NCBI GenBank assembly: GCA_963754315.1 | Contig: CAVWFS010000007.1 | Location: 1 to 64,000, forward strand | Direction: 5' to 3' | Source: an uncultured Candidatus Rokubacteria bacterium | GTDB lineage: Bacteria > Methylomirabilota > Methylomirabilia > Rokubacteriales > CSP1-6 | Length of the DNA: 64,000 bases | Shown: piece after piece, positions 18,811 through 28,459 of the stretch | Numbering within the stretch: the stretch's first letter is position 1 | Layout of the letters: each line of letters opens with the position of its first letter | Made by a program: the position numbers and the translations under genes | Notes under the pieces: model-generated | The model's input: the letters and a program-made list of their open reading frames with translations, nothing else | Database searches by the model: none | What the model was told of the DNA's origin: nothing

Positions 18811-19245
18811 GACCGGCCTCCTATCGCCTGTGGCTCTGTTCCTGCCGGGAACAACCCACGACTATGCGATACGGCAGGCCGGTCCTTCCATAGTGTCTAG
18901 CTTATGCTGCCACCTCACCCGAGAACGTCATCTCCAGCCAAGCAGCCTGACGGTGAGTCTCGCGAGATGGACATGCGCTTCTGGCTGGAGCAAGCCGAAG
19001 CCGCACGGCGAGGATCGACCGGAGAAAACCACCTACAGGCCAGGCGACTATGGGCGACTGGTTCGGCCAGACGGCACCGAGCAGTGGTGGGTGAGATCGC
19101 CGCAAGGAACATGGGTCGCTCTCCGCATCAGCGGTTCATGCCGAACGACGACGGCAGCATCACGCTCCTGCTATTGGGGCGGTGAACTGGCTTACACCGC
19201 TAAGGCGCTCGAGCTGACCATCCTGTGCTCAGGGATCATCAAGTG

Positions 19246-19301
19246 ATGAATCGCCGAACCTTCATCGTGACGGCTGGCGCCCTCCTGGCCGCGCCTCGTG
19301 G
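19246..19301 (+). pseudogene. leader of an ABC substrate-binding protein gene interrupted by IS110 (continues at 20835)
   Basis: MNRRTFIVTAGALLAAP | EAQQTGKVARMG rejoin when the IS is removed, with a 1-nt indel. Confidence 0.75.
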
Positions 19302-19320
19302 AGACTTTCTCTGGTTCATG

Positions 19321-20550
19321 TCAAGCGATTTTTTTCTGACGTGTCTGCAGCTGCTGGCGCGTCATCGTGGCCAGGTGGTGCTGCTCGTGGTACGGCACCT
19401 GGCGGTCCCACATGACGAAGATGATCTTCAACCATTTCGCCCCCAGCGCGCGGAGCGCCTGGCGATGAGAGTGCCCCCGCGCACGCTGCTGGTCGTAGTA
19501 CGCGCGCGCCCACGCACTCGACAGCAGCGAGAGGAACGCCACCTGGTCGACGATGTGTCGCAGTGCCTTGTCGCAGGCAAAGCGGAAGTGGACGACCTGC
19601 TGCTTGCCGCTCCGTTTCGTCACGGGCACGGCACCCGCGTGAGCTTGCAGATGCCGAAACGACTCCCACCTCCCGGGGGCGTCCCCCAGCCGGGCCCAGA
19701 GCGTGGGCGCGGTGATGCCGTGCTTACCGATCGGCAGGGTCCGCGCCCATTGGGCCGCCGGCATACTCGCGAAAAAATCGTCGATCGCCTTCCGGTACTG
19801 AGCCACCGCGGCCACGACCGGCAGCAGCTGCTCCATCAACGTCTGCATCAACCGCGCCTTCGCGCGGACCACGTGGGCCGGGACGGGCAATTGCGGCTGC
19901 CGGAGGAGAGCCCAGAGGTCGCCGGTCCGGGCTTCCGTCAGTCGATGCGCGCGCGCCCACCGCTGCCATTGGCGCTCCGTCAGCGCGGTCAGCGCCGCGG
20001 GCGTCGGATAGGCCGGCAGGAACTCCCGGGCCAGCGCGCTCGTCACCTCGGCCACCTCGAGCGCCCGCGGGTAGTACGCTTTCAGCGTGGCCGTCAGCTG
20101 GTTGACCAGGCGGGTCTGCTGGCGGATGTGCCGCTGACAATCTTCGGTGAGGAGTTTCAGCTCTTGGGCCGCCTCCGAGCTCGGTTGCAAGGCGCGCAGG
20201 TGCCCATGATCCGTGCGCAAGAAGTCGGCCAGCACGCGCGCGTCGAACGGGTCACTCTTGGCGCCGCTCTGCCGAAAGCGATCCCGGGCGCGATCGAGGG
20301 ACTTGGGATTCACGGGATAGACCACGACGCCATGGTCGAGCAGGAAATCCACCACCCGGCCGTCGGGCCGCTCGATCGCGGCCCAGAGCTCGATGCCCTG
20401 GGCGCGCCACGCGTCCAGCTCCCGGCCCCACTCCGTCAGGCCCTCTGCCGTGTGCGCTACCGTGCGTGCGGTGATCTTCGCCCCGCTCTCATCCACGACC
20501 CAGACGGCGTGCGTCTGATCCGCCCAATCCACTCCGAGGTAATAGCGCAC
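19321..20550 (-). CDS. IS110-family recombinase, apparently intact (409 aa)
   Basis: GVDWA, AIE and KSDPFDA (DEDD). PVTKRSG catalytic Ser. GTG start with GGAGGA RBS. Confidence 0.95.
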   Translation of the reverse strand: MRYYLGVDWADQTHAVWVVDESGAKITARTVAHTAEGLTEWGRELDAWRAQGIELWAAIERPDGRVVDFLLDHGVVVYPVNPKSLDRARDRFRQSGAKSDPFDARVLADFLRTDHGHLRALQPSSEAAQELKLLTEDCQRHIRQQTRLVNQLTATLKAYYPRALEVAEVTSALAREFLPAYPTPAALTALTERQWQRWARAHRLTEARTGDLWALLRQPQLPVPAHVVRAKARLMQTLMEQLLPVVAAVAQYRKAIDDFFASMPAAQWARTLPIGKHGITAPTLWARLGDAPGRWESFRHLQAHAGAVPVTKRSGKQQVVHFRFACDKALRHIVDQVAFLSLLSSAWARAYYDQQRARGHSHRQALRALGAKWLKIIFVMWDRQVPYHEQHHLATMTRQQLQTRQKKIA

Positions 20551-20579
20551 TCGTCCTCCTCCTTCGGGGCCTTGCCCTC

Positions 20580-20820
20580 GTGGCCGCGGAGCGGGAACGG
20601 CGAGGTTGGCCTTATACCGGCCCTCGGGGGGGCCACTTTCTCTTGAACCTCGGGCGCCGTTCTCTTGCCGACCGGGACAGTCTCCGCGTAAGCCTCCGGG
20701 GGCTCTGCGCAGCAAGGTCCTCTGGTCAGCAAGCTCCTGGCCGTCGTGCTTGGCCGCCTCTCCTCCTCTTCGTCCTTCTCCTTGTGATTCCCTCTTCTCT
20801 CCTGACCTACGACTCAGCAC
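20580..20820 (-). ncRNA. bridge RNA with target-binding loop (20664-20733) and donor-binding loop (20601-20652)
   Basis: Two stem/internal-loop/stem modules whose loop strands match the flanks and the IS ends. Confidence 0.85.
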
Positions 20821-21119
20821 GGGCGCAGTATAAGGCGCAGCAGACGGGAAAGGTCGCTCGAATGGGGATAGGAATTTCGAGGGCGCTCGCGCGCCTGCTT
20901 GGCGCCAACCTTCACCTCGGCCCCCCCGGTGGCGCAGCCTGAGCCGGGATGACCGACGTATCACGTCGGTTGGCTCGCGACGACGATGGCACCGCCGTCC
21001 TATTATCGGCTAGCAGGATGGGTGATTCGGGGTGCCATGTCGTGAGAGAACGAGTCTCGAGGGCATGCGTCTTGCGGCCCTAGGATATGCTGGGATCAGC
21101 CGCCGGGGGAGGGGTGAAC

Positions 21120-21968
21120 ATGCATCGACTGCGGGATCTTCACCGGTACACAATTGGCGCCACCGATGGCGAGGTCGGCGCCGTCGAGACGGTGTATTTC
21201 GACGACGTGAGCTGGACTGTTCGCTACCTGGTGGTGGATACCGGAAGCTGGCTCTCGGGCAGGAAGGTGCTCATCTCGCCGCGCAGCGTACAAGGACTCG
21301 ACCCGGAGCGGGGGACGGTCCTCACCCATCTCACCCGGGAGCAAGTCGAGACCAGCCCCGACATCGACACCCACAAGCCGGTCTCGCGCCAGGAAGAGAT
21401 CAGTTACAACAACCACTACGGGTACCCCGACTACTGGACGGGCCCGTATCGCTGGGGCCTCTCGGCCGACCCGTTTTTGATCGCAGCCTACCCGGAGGGC
21501 GCCGAGAGCGAGCGGCCATTCACCGTTGCCCGTGAGCTTACGGTCCTCAGGAACGCCGAGGGAGAGCCCCACTTGCGCAGCGCGGCCGAGGTGACCGGCT
21601 ACGGCATTCATGCCAGCGACGGAAACCTCGGACACGTGGTCGACTTCCTCATCGACGAAGAAACATGGACAATCCGCTACCTGATCGTGGATCCCCGAAA
21701 CTGGTGGCCCGGCCCTCACGTGATCATCTCGCCGGAATGGATCACGGGAACAAGCCATATTGACCGCGCCGTCAACGTCAACCTCACGCGCGAGCAGGTC
21801 CGCAACGCGCCGGAGTACGACCCAGGCCGCACCGTCGAACGCGAGTGGGAGACTCAGCTCCACGGACATTTTGACCGGATCGGCTACTGGGAGCGCTCGC
21901 CTGACGCCTGGTGGCTGCAACCTCCCGCCGCCTGGCCCGACCGTGGTAGCGGAGAGCCCCGTCGCTAG
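21120..21968 (+). CDS. PRC-barrel domain protein (two barrels)
   Basis: IGATDGEVG.V...YFDD..WTVRYLVVDTG motif, present twice. Confidence 0.9.
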   Translation: MHRLRDLHRYTIGATDGEVGAVETVYFDDVSWTVRYLVVDTGSWLSGRKVLISPRSVQGLDPERGTVLTHLTREQVETSPDIDTHKPVSRQEEISYNNHYGYPDYWTGPYRWGLSADPFLIAAYPEGAESERPFTVARELTVLRNAEGEPHLRSAAEVTGYGIHASDGNLGHVVDFLIDEETWTIRYLIVDPRNWWPGPHVIISPEWITGTSHIDRAVNVNLTREQVRNAPEYDPGRTVEREWETQLHGHFDRIGYWERSPDAWWLQPPAAWPDRGSGEPRR

Positions 21969-22846
21969 GTCGTCAGGGAAGCAACCGTCGACACGCGTCG
22001 ACAAGCCCATGAGTCGATCCTGGCCTGTCCGGACTATATCGCCGCGTGGATTCGCGTGGATCGTCTTATCCGTCGCGTTGTCGGGCAGCGGCTCAATCAG
22101 GGCTCGACACCGGAGCTGGACGCGCAATTCGATCGGCTGATCATCTTGCACCGCTGGCTCGAACGGCGGCTGAGGAATTGATCAGGCAGAGAAGGCAGCG
22201 TGTGGCAGGGATCGCCGAGGGGCCGCCTCTTCATACGCTGTTCGTGTCGAGCCAGTTGAAGTATCGCGCCGTCAAATCCAGGCCTTCTTCCATGGCCTTC
22301 GGATCCTCTCCAGTTCGTCGTGCGCCGAGCGGTACGCGAGCGGCAGACATCGGACCGCTGTGGTCAGCCGGTCAATACCCAAGGTCTCGGCAATGAAGGA
22401 GAGGCTCGCCCTGCGAGCGAGAGCCCGCATTAGGAACAGGTCACGGAAGCCAGCAGCGTTGATGCGTCGCAGGACGGACGGGCGTTGTGGAAAGGCTTGT
22501 TCGGCGAGGCGGCGCACGACCTGGCGTGGCAGAGTCGAGGCGGCGTGATGATCCTCGTCCGGACCTGGGAAAAGCCAAGGGTATTGCCGGGCCGGCGCAA
22601 AGAGTGCCCGGTGCGCTCGGTGGGGCCGTCGGCTATGATCGCGGGGATGCCCGACCGACCACCGCAGGCGCCGGTGTTCCGCGGAGTGGTCGCTCTGATC
22701 CACGCCCTCGGCGTGCTGGCTGCGCCGCTTACGGCGGAGGCGCAGCCGGCGAGGAAGGTGTCTCGCCTTGTTCGCGGCCGTATAATGCGACGCATGCGGC
22801 ACGGGATTGCCGACGCTTTTTCATGGCGGACCGGCGTGAGCGGGCT

Positions 22847-23284
22847 GTGAGAGTCGAGGCTCATCGGCGCCGAACGTTTCCCGTGGTCGTGCTCGCGCTA
22901 GGCCTGAGCGCTTGTTCGACCTCCCGTCCGGTTCTCTATCCGAATGCTCACTTGCAGTCGGTCGGCCAGTCGACAGCTGACCGCGACATCGAGGAGTGCG
23001 AGAGCAAGGCCAAGGCGGGGAACGTCGACCGGCAGAAGGGCGCGACCGGCGAAGTCGCCACAGGGACTGCGGTGGGCGCGGGAGTGGGCGCCGCGGGCGG
23101 CGCCGTGGGCGGCGCCATCGCCGGGGGGGCAGGGATCGGAGCCGGTATCGGGGCGGCCAGCGGCGCCGTCGTCGGGTTCCTGGGTTCGGTCATTGGGCGC
23201 TCCTCCACGTCCAGCCCGGCCTACACGAACTTTGTCGACCACTGTCTCCGCGAAAAGGGCTATGAGCCCATGGGCTGGCAGTAG
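22847..23284 (+). CDS. glycine-zipper lipoprotein
   Basis: LSAC lipobox, RPVLYPNAH, GAGVGAAGGAVGG zipper, CLREKGY. Confidence 0.85.
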   Translation: MRVEAHRRRTFPVVVLALGLSACSTSRPVLYPNAHLQSVGQSTADRDIEECESKAKAGNVDRQKGATGEVATGTAVGAGVGAAGGAVGGAIAGGAGIGAGIGAASGAVVGFLGSVIGRSSTSSPAYTNFVDHCLREKGYEPMGWQ

Positions 23285-23399
23285 GAACCGTCAGGTTCCC
23301 TCTGTCATGGCGACTGCCCGCCATCCTCGTCGCCATCTTCTATCTGGTCACGGCCTAGACTGGCCCGACGTTCACTTGGCTCCGGTTCCGGGACCCGAT

Positions 23400-23690
23400 A
23401 CCGCTCGCGCGCCGGCACCGCGCGCCGCGGGCCTTCATGTGGTTGAGCACGCGGCACACGAAAGTCGGCCACGAGTCTGCGCGCAGAGCCCGGCTCGCTC
23501 GGAAATAGCCGAAGACCCAGGCCATGTTGGGCATGTCGGTGAACATCATCCCACGTGACGGTGTCGGAGAAGACGACGAAACTCATGCCCGGGCACTGCT
23601 GCGTGAGATGGTAGACGCCACCGACGCCGGAGATGCCGGCACCGACGATCAGTACGTCGAAATGCTCGGCAGCGGACTCGTATCCTTAAG
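23400..23690 (-). pseudogene. flavin-containing monooxygenase remnant with large internal deletion
   Basis: EHFDVLIVGAGISG..YHL joined directly to FSDTVTW / MMFTDMPNMAWVFGYFRAS. Confidence 0.75.
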
Positions 23691-23726
23691 GCGTCACTCT
23701 CTCCGCAGGCGCAGCCTTCTCGAGGC

Positions 23727-25271
23727 TCAGCGACAAGCCATTCCACTGCAAGAGCCAACCTCCGTAACTTCCGCTGCCCCGGTTTTTTCCTTGGCGGGGC
23801 GGTTCGCGACTCGCACGCGCCGCTCCGGAATGGCTGCCTGGTCGGGCGAGGGCACCACGGCCTGCCAGCCGCCGCCCAGGGCTCGGTAGAGTTGAACAAC
23901 AGCTAAGAGTTCGTCCCGCTGGACGCGCGCCAGCGTCAACTCGAACTCGAACAAGTCACGCTCCGTGATCAAGACCTCCAGGAAGCTGCTGACACCGCCT
24001 TCGTAGCGCAAGTTGGCAAGGCGCAGAGCGTCCCGCTGGGTCAGGACTGTCGCCTCCGTGTCGGCGCGAACCCCCTGCTGCCGGCGATATTCGAATAGCC
24101 CGTCGGAGACCTCCCGAAACGCCTGAAGGATCACCTGCCGGTACCGGAGGACCGCCTCTTGGGTTGCGGCATCGTTGAAGTCCACATTGGCCGTCAGGCG
24201 GCCGGCGTTGAAGAGGGGCAAGGTGAGAGTCGGGAGAGCCTGGAAGGCGCCGAATGGGCCAAAGGCGGAGCCATTGATGACCGCGCCGCCCACGCCGGCA
24301 AACCCCGAGATCACGATCGAGGGAAAGAGAAGCGCCTTGGCCTCTCCGATGCGTGCGTTGGCCGCCACCAGTTGTTGCTCGGCCAGGAGGATATCGGGCC
24401 GACGTCGTAAGAGATCGGACGTCAGCCCGGGTGGAAGGCTCGGGGCGAGGGCCTGCTCGGTGAGTGGGCGACCTCGCCGGATGGCCTCGGGGTTCATTCC
24501 GACCAGGACGCTGATCAGGTTCTCCTGAAGCTGGATGCGCCCTTCGAGATCTGCGATGGTGGCCGCTGCGCCGTAATAGAGTTGCTCGGCCTGGCGCACG
24601 TCCATGAGCGTGGCGACGCCCCCCTCCTCCCGGGCCTTGGTGAGCCGCACATAGTCCGCGCGGGAGGCCAGGGTCTGCCGAGAGATCTCCAGCTCCAGAT
24701 CCAGTCCCCGCAGCTGGAAGTAGGCCCGAGCCACGTCGCTGATGAGGGTCAGGACGACGGCCGCCTGAAAGTCTTCCGACGCCAACAGCTCGGCCCGCGC
24801 CGCCTCGGTGGCTCGTCGGAAACGCCCCCAGATATCCAACTCCCACGCGACGCTCAACCCCGCTTGGGGGAGGAAGGTCTGGTCGAGGGCGACGGCACCT
24901 CCCTGCCCACCGGCCGGCGGCCTGTTGCCGCCGACGAACTGTTCGAGCGGCGCCGCCGCCGCCGCATCGAGGGTGGGGAACTGGAATGACCGCGCGATGG
25001 TCACCTGAGCCCGGGCCTGAAGGATCCGAGTGGCGGCGATGCGAAGATCGTAGTTCTGCTCCAGGGCCGCGTCGATCAAGGCCCGGAGCTGCTCGTCCTC
25101 GAAGAGCTTCCACCATTCCAGATCGGCGAAGGCGCGGTGCTGCGAGGCGGCGGCGGGTAACGGCCCTCGATAGGTGCTGGGAATGTTCAGGGGTGGACGC
25201 CGATAGTCGGGGCCCACCGTGCAGCCCGTGAGGGTGAGAGCGATCATCAGGCCATAGAGCGTCTGTCGCAT
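23727..25271 (-). CDS. RND efflux outer-membrane lipoprotein (NodT/OprM family)
   Basis: LTGCTVGPDY lipobox, WELDIWG, RRPDI and LYRALGGGW. Confidence 0.95.
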   Translation of the reverse strand: MRQTLYGLMIALTLTGCTVGPDYRRPPLNIPSTYRGPLPAAASQHRAFADLEWWKLFEDEQLRALIDAALEQNYDLRIAATRILQARAQVTIARSFQFPTLDAAAAAPLEQFVGGNRPPAGGQGGAVALDQTFLPQAGLSVAWELDIWGRFRRATEAARAELLASEDFQAAVVLTLISDVARAYFQLRGLDLELEISRQTLASRADYVRLTKAREEGGVATLMDVRQAEQLYYGAAATIADLEGRIQLQENLISVLVGMNPEAIRRGRPLTEQALAPSLPPGLTSDLLRRRPDILLAEQQLVAANARIGEAKALLFPSIVISGFAGVGGAVINGSAFGPFGAFQALPTLTLPLFNAGRLTANVDFNDAATQEAVLRYRQVILQAFREVSDGLFEYRRQQGVRADTEATVLTQRDALRLANLRYEGGVSSFLEVLITERDLFEFELTLARVQRDELLAVVQLYRALGGGWQAVVPSPDQAAIPERRVRVANRPAKEKTGAAEVTEVGSCSGMACR

Positions 25272-28200
25272 CAGTGCGATCCTCCGGCTACAGGCCCGGC
25301 TCCGGTGGCCGTGGCGGGCTCGGGGGCGGACACGGGTGCCCGCCCCGCCGCCCGTCGGCGCCGCCCAAGCCCTTCCACGAACGCAAAATTGCCGGGAATG
25401 ATGAACACACCCAGAAACGTGGCGATCAGCATGCCCCAAAATACGCTCGTCCCCATCACCGTCTGGGCACCCGCGCCGGCACCGCTGGCGAGCATGAGCG
25501 GCACGACGCCAAGGATGAAGGCGAAGGCCGTCATCAAGATGGGCCTGAAGCGCAGTCGGGCCGACGTGAGGGCGGCCTCCTCGAGCGACGCCCCCTCCTC
25601 GTGCTTCCCTTTGGCGAACTCCACAATGAGGATGGCGTTCTTGGCGGCCAGGCCGATCAGCATCACCAGGCCGATCTGCACGTAGACGTTGTTGTCGAAG
25701 CCCATCAACCAGACGCCGAAAAAGGCGCCGAGGGCCACCAGCGGCGAGCCCAGGAGGACCGCCCAGGGTAGCCGCCAGCTCTCGTACATCGCGGCCAGCA
25801 GCAGAAACACGCACACGATGGCCATGATGAAGGTGGGCCCGGCGGGCGGAGCGACCTTCTCCTGGTAGGACACCGAGGAGAAGGCGAAGCCCATCTCCTT
25901 GGGCATGGTGTCCGCGAAGACTTGTTCGAGCGCGGCCAGAGCCTGGCCGGACGTGTAGCCGCGGGCCGGCGCGCCCTGGATCTCCACGGAGCGCAGCAGA
26001 TTGAACCGTGTCGTGAGCTCGGTTCCGGCGATGTTCTTGATGGTGACCAGGGTGGAGAGCGGGACCATGGAGTTGGTCGTCCTCGAGCGGACGTAGATCT
26101 GTCCGATGTCCGCCGCCTTGAGCCGGGCCTCCGCATCCGCCTGCACGTAGACCCGGTACAGCCGCCCGAAGCGGTTGAAGTCGTTGACGAAGGCCCCTCC
26201 GAGGGCGGCCGACATCGTCTGGAACACCTCGTTGACCGGCACCCCCAGGGTGCGCGCCTTCTCCCGATCCAGCTCGACCCTGATCTGAGGATAGCTGGGG
26301 TCGAAGGAGGTGAAGACCGTGCCCAGCTCGGGCCTGTTTCGCGCGGCCGCGAGAAATTTCGCGGTCTGCTCGCCGAGCTGCTGGACCGTCATGGAACCGC
26401 TACGATCCTGCAGGAGGAAGTTGAATCCCGAGGCGGCGCCGAACCCGGACAGCGTGGGAATGTTGAACGGGAAGATGACGGCTTCAGGGATGGCCGCGAA
26501 CTGGCCCGCCAGCGTTGCCATGATGCCCTTCGCATGCAGGGCCTCGCCCTTCCGTTCGTCCCATGGCGTGAGGCGAACAAAGATCGACCCGTAGTTGGAC
26601 TGATACGTGTTCGTGACGGCCCCGTATCCGCCGATCGTCGCAAAGGAGTCGATCCCGTCCGTCTTCGCCAGGATCTCCTCGACCTGCTTGAGCACCGCGC
26701 TCGAACGCGCGAGCGATGCCCCGGGCGGGAGCTGGACGTTGACGCCGATGATCCCCTGGTCCTCGTCCGGGATGAACCCGGCCGGGAGCGCCCGTCCGAA
26801 CAGGACGGCCCCGACCGCCACCGCGGCCACGATCACGACGGTGAGGAACGATCGGCGCACCAGCAGGCGTGACGCGCTCACATAGCCGTTCGTCGTGACG
26901 TCGAAGAGCCTGTTGAAGCCACGGAAGAAGAGACCCAGCGGACCCCGTACGGGACGGGGCGGCTTGAGGAGCATGGCGCAGAGGGCGGGGGTCAAGGTCA
27001 GCGCGTTGAAGGCCGAAAGCAGCACGGAGATGGCGATGGTGAGCGCGAACTGCTTGTACATGCTCCCGACCAGTCCGCCGAGAAGGGCGACGGGCACGAA
27101 GACCGCGGACAGGATGAGGGCAATTCCCACCACCGGGGCGGAGACCTCTTCCATGGCCTTGATGGTGGCCTCCCGTGGACCCAGCCCGTGCTCGAGGTGG
27201 TGGATGACGGCCTCCACCACGACGATCGCGTCGTCCACCACGATGCCGATGGCGAGGACGAGGCCGAACATGGTGAGGGTATTGATGGAGAAGCCGAGGA
27301 GGGGAAAGAAGATGAAGGTGCCGATGAGAGAGACCGGGATGGTGAGGAGGGGAATGATGGTCGCCCGGAAATTCTGAAGAAACACAAAGACGACCAGGGT
27401 CACCAGGATCAACGCTTCAACGAACGTTTTCAGGATTTCGTGGATGGAGGCCTCGACGGCCGGCGTGGTGTCGTAGACGATCTTGTAATCCACGTCGGGC
27501 GGGAAGAGCTCCTTCGCTTGCCGCATCGTTTCATAGATCGTCTCCGCTGCCTGGAGCTGGTTGGCGCCGGGCAGGAGATAGACCGCCATGGCCCCCGCCG
27601 GCTTGCCGTTGAGCCGCCCGAAGGCGTTGTAGTCCTGCGAGCCGAGCTCGGCGCGCCCAACATCCCTGATCCTGACGACGGCCCCGCTGGCCGTCTGGCG
27701 CACGATGATGTTCTCGAACTCGGCCGGCGTGACGAGGCGGCCCGGGGCGCTGATCGTCTCCGTGAAGGCCTGGGTGGGCGGGGTGGGGGCGGCGCCGATC
27801 CGTCCGGCCGGGGCCTGGAGGTTCTGTTCCTTGATGGCGGCGATGACGTCAGCCGGGGTCAGGCCGAGGTTGGCCAGCTTGTCGGGCCGGATCCAGATCC
27901 GCATACCGTAGTCCGTCCCGCCGAACAGGTCTACCTGGGCGATCCCGGGGATCCGGAGAAGCCGATCGCGCAGGTTGATGCCCGCGTAGTTGACCAGGAA
28001 ATTGGCGTCGTACGAATCGTTGGGCGAGTAGAGCGAGATCACCATCAGAATGCTGGGGCTCTGCTTCTTGACGGTGACGCCCTGCTGGATGACCTCCTGG
28101 GGCAGGCGCGCCTGCGCCGACGAGACCCGGTTCTGGGTGAGGACGTTGGCGATGTCCTGGTCGGTTCCCACCTCGAAGTTGACGTCGAGCAGCATGCGGC

Positions 28201-28456
28201 CGTCGCTGGTATTCGACGACTTCATGTAGATGAGGCGATCGACGCCGTTGACCTCCTGCTCGATCGGGGTGGCCACCGACTGCTCCACCGCCTCCGCGGA
28301 GGCCCCGGGGTAGGTGGCAGTCACGCGGATGTTGGGCGGGGCCAGGAACGGATACTGCTCGATCGACAGCCCCCTGATGGTGACGACGCCCAGCAGGACG
28401 GTGAGGATCGAGATGACGATAGCGACGATGGGGCGCCGAATGAAGAAATTTGCCAC
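25271..28456 (-). CDS. RND efflux permease (AcrB/HAE1 family)
   Basis: FFIRRPI, GIVVDDAIVVVE, AKNAILIVEFA and RFRPILMT. 1061 aa. Confidence 0.97.
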   Translation of the reverse strand: MANFFIRRPIVAIVISILTVLLGVVTIRGLSIEQYPFLAPPNIRVTATYPGASAEAVEQSVATPIEQEVNGVDRLIYMKSSNTSDGRMLLDVNFEVGTDQDIANVLTQNRVSSAQARLPQEVIQQGVTVKKQSPSILMVISLYSPNDSYDANFLVNYAGINLRDRLLRIPGIAQVDLFGGTDYGMRIWIRPDKLANLGLTPADVIAAIKEQNLQAPAGRIGAAPTPPTQAFTETISAPGRLVTPAEFENIIVRQTASGAVVRIRDVGRAELGSQDYNAFGRLNGKPAGAMAVYLLPGANQLQAAETIYETMRQAKELFPPDVDYKIVYDTTPAVEASIHEILKTFVEALILVTLVVFVFLQNFRATIIPLLTIPVSLIGTFIFFPLLGFSINTLTMFGLVLAIGIVVDDAIVVVEAVIHHLEHGLGPREATIKAMEEVSAPVVGIALILSAVFVPVALLGGLVGSMYKQFALTIAISVLLSAFNALTLTPALCAMLLKPPRPVRGPLGLFFRGFNRLFDVTTNGYVSASRLLVRRSFLTVVIVAAVAVGAVLFGRALPAGFIPDEDQGIIGVNVQLPPGASLARSSAVLKQVEEILAKTDGIDSFATIGGYGAVTNTYQSNYGSIFVRLTPWDERKGEALHAKGIMATLAGQFAAIPEAVIFPFNIPTLSGFGAASGFNFLLQDRSGSMTVQQLGEQTAKFLAAARNRPELGTVFTSFDPSYPQIRVELDREKARTLGVPVNEVFQTMSAALGGAFVNDFNRFGRLYRVYVQADAEARLKAADIGQIYVRSRTTNSMVPLSTLVTIKNIAGTELTTRFNLLRSVEIQGAPARGYTSGQALAALEQVFADTMPKEMGFAFSSVSYQEKVAPPAGPTFIMAIVCVFLLLAAMYESWRLPWAVLLGSPLVALGAFFGVWLMGFDNNVYVQIGLVMLIGLAAKNAILIVEFAKGKHEEGASLEEAALTSARLRFRPILMTAFAFILGVVPLMLASGAGAGAQTVMGTSVFWGMLIATFLGVFIIPGNFAFVEGLGRRRRAAGRAPVSAPEPATATGAGPVAGGSH

Positions 28457-28459
28457 CGA

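Larger units (their letters stand above)
17363..18898 (-). mobile_element. IS110-family element, IS1111-type organisation
   Basis: 16-bp perfect subterminal IRs TATGGAAGGACCGGCC (17367-17382 and 18877-18892). CT at both boundaries. Long 3' non-coding region. Confidence 0.85.
19302..20834 (-). mobile_element. IS110-family element (IS621-like organisation, 5' non-coding end)
   Basis: CT core (AG on +) at 19302-19303 and 20833-20834. Joining the ends gives TTGACA-17 nt-TATACT. Confidence 0.9.

Noticed and set aside
17416..20646. Long + strand ORFs (494 aa and 473 aa) opposite the IS110 genes, and similar antisense ORFs over acrB, valS and the SBP
   Set aside because: Shadow ORFs expected at high GC. 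No recognisable motifs.
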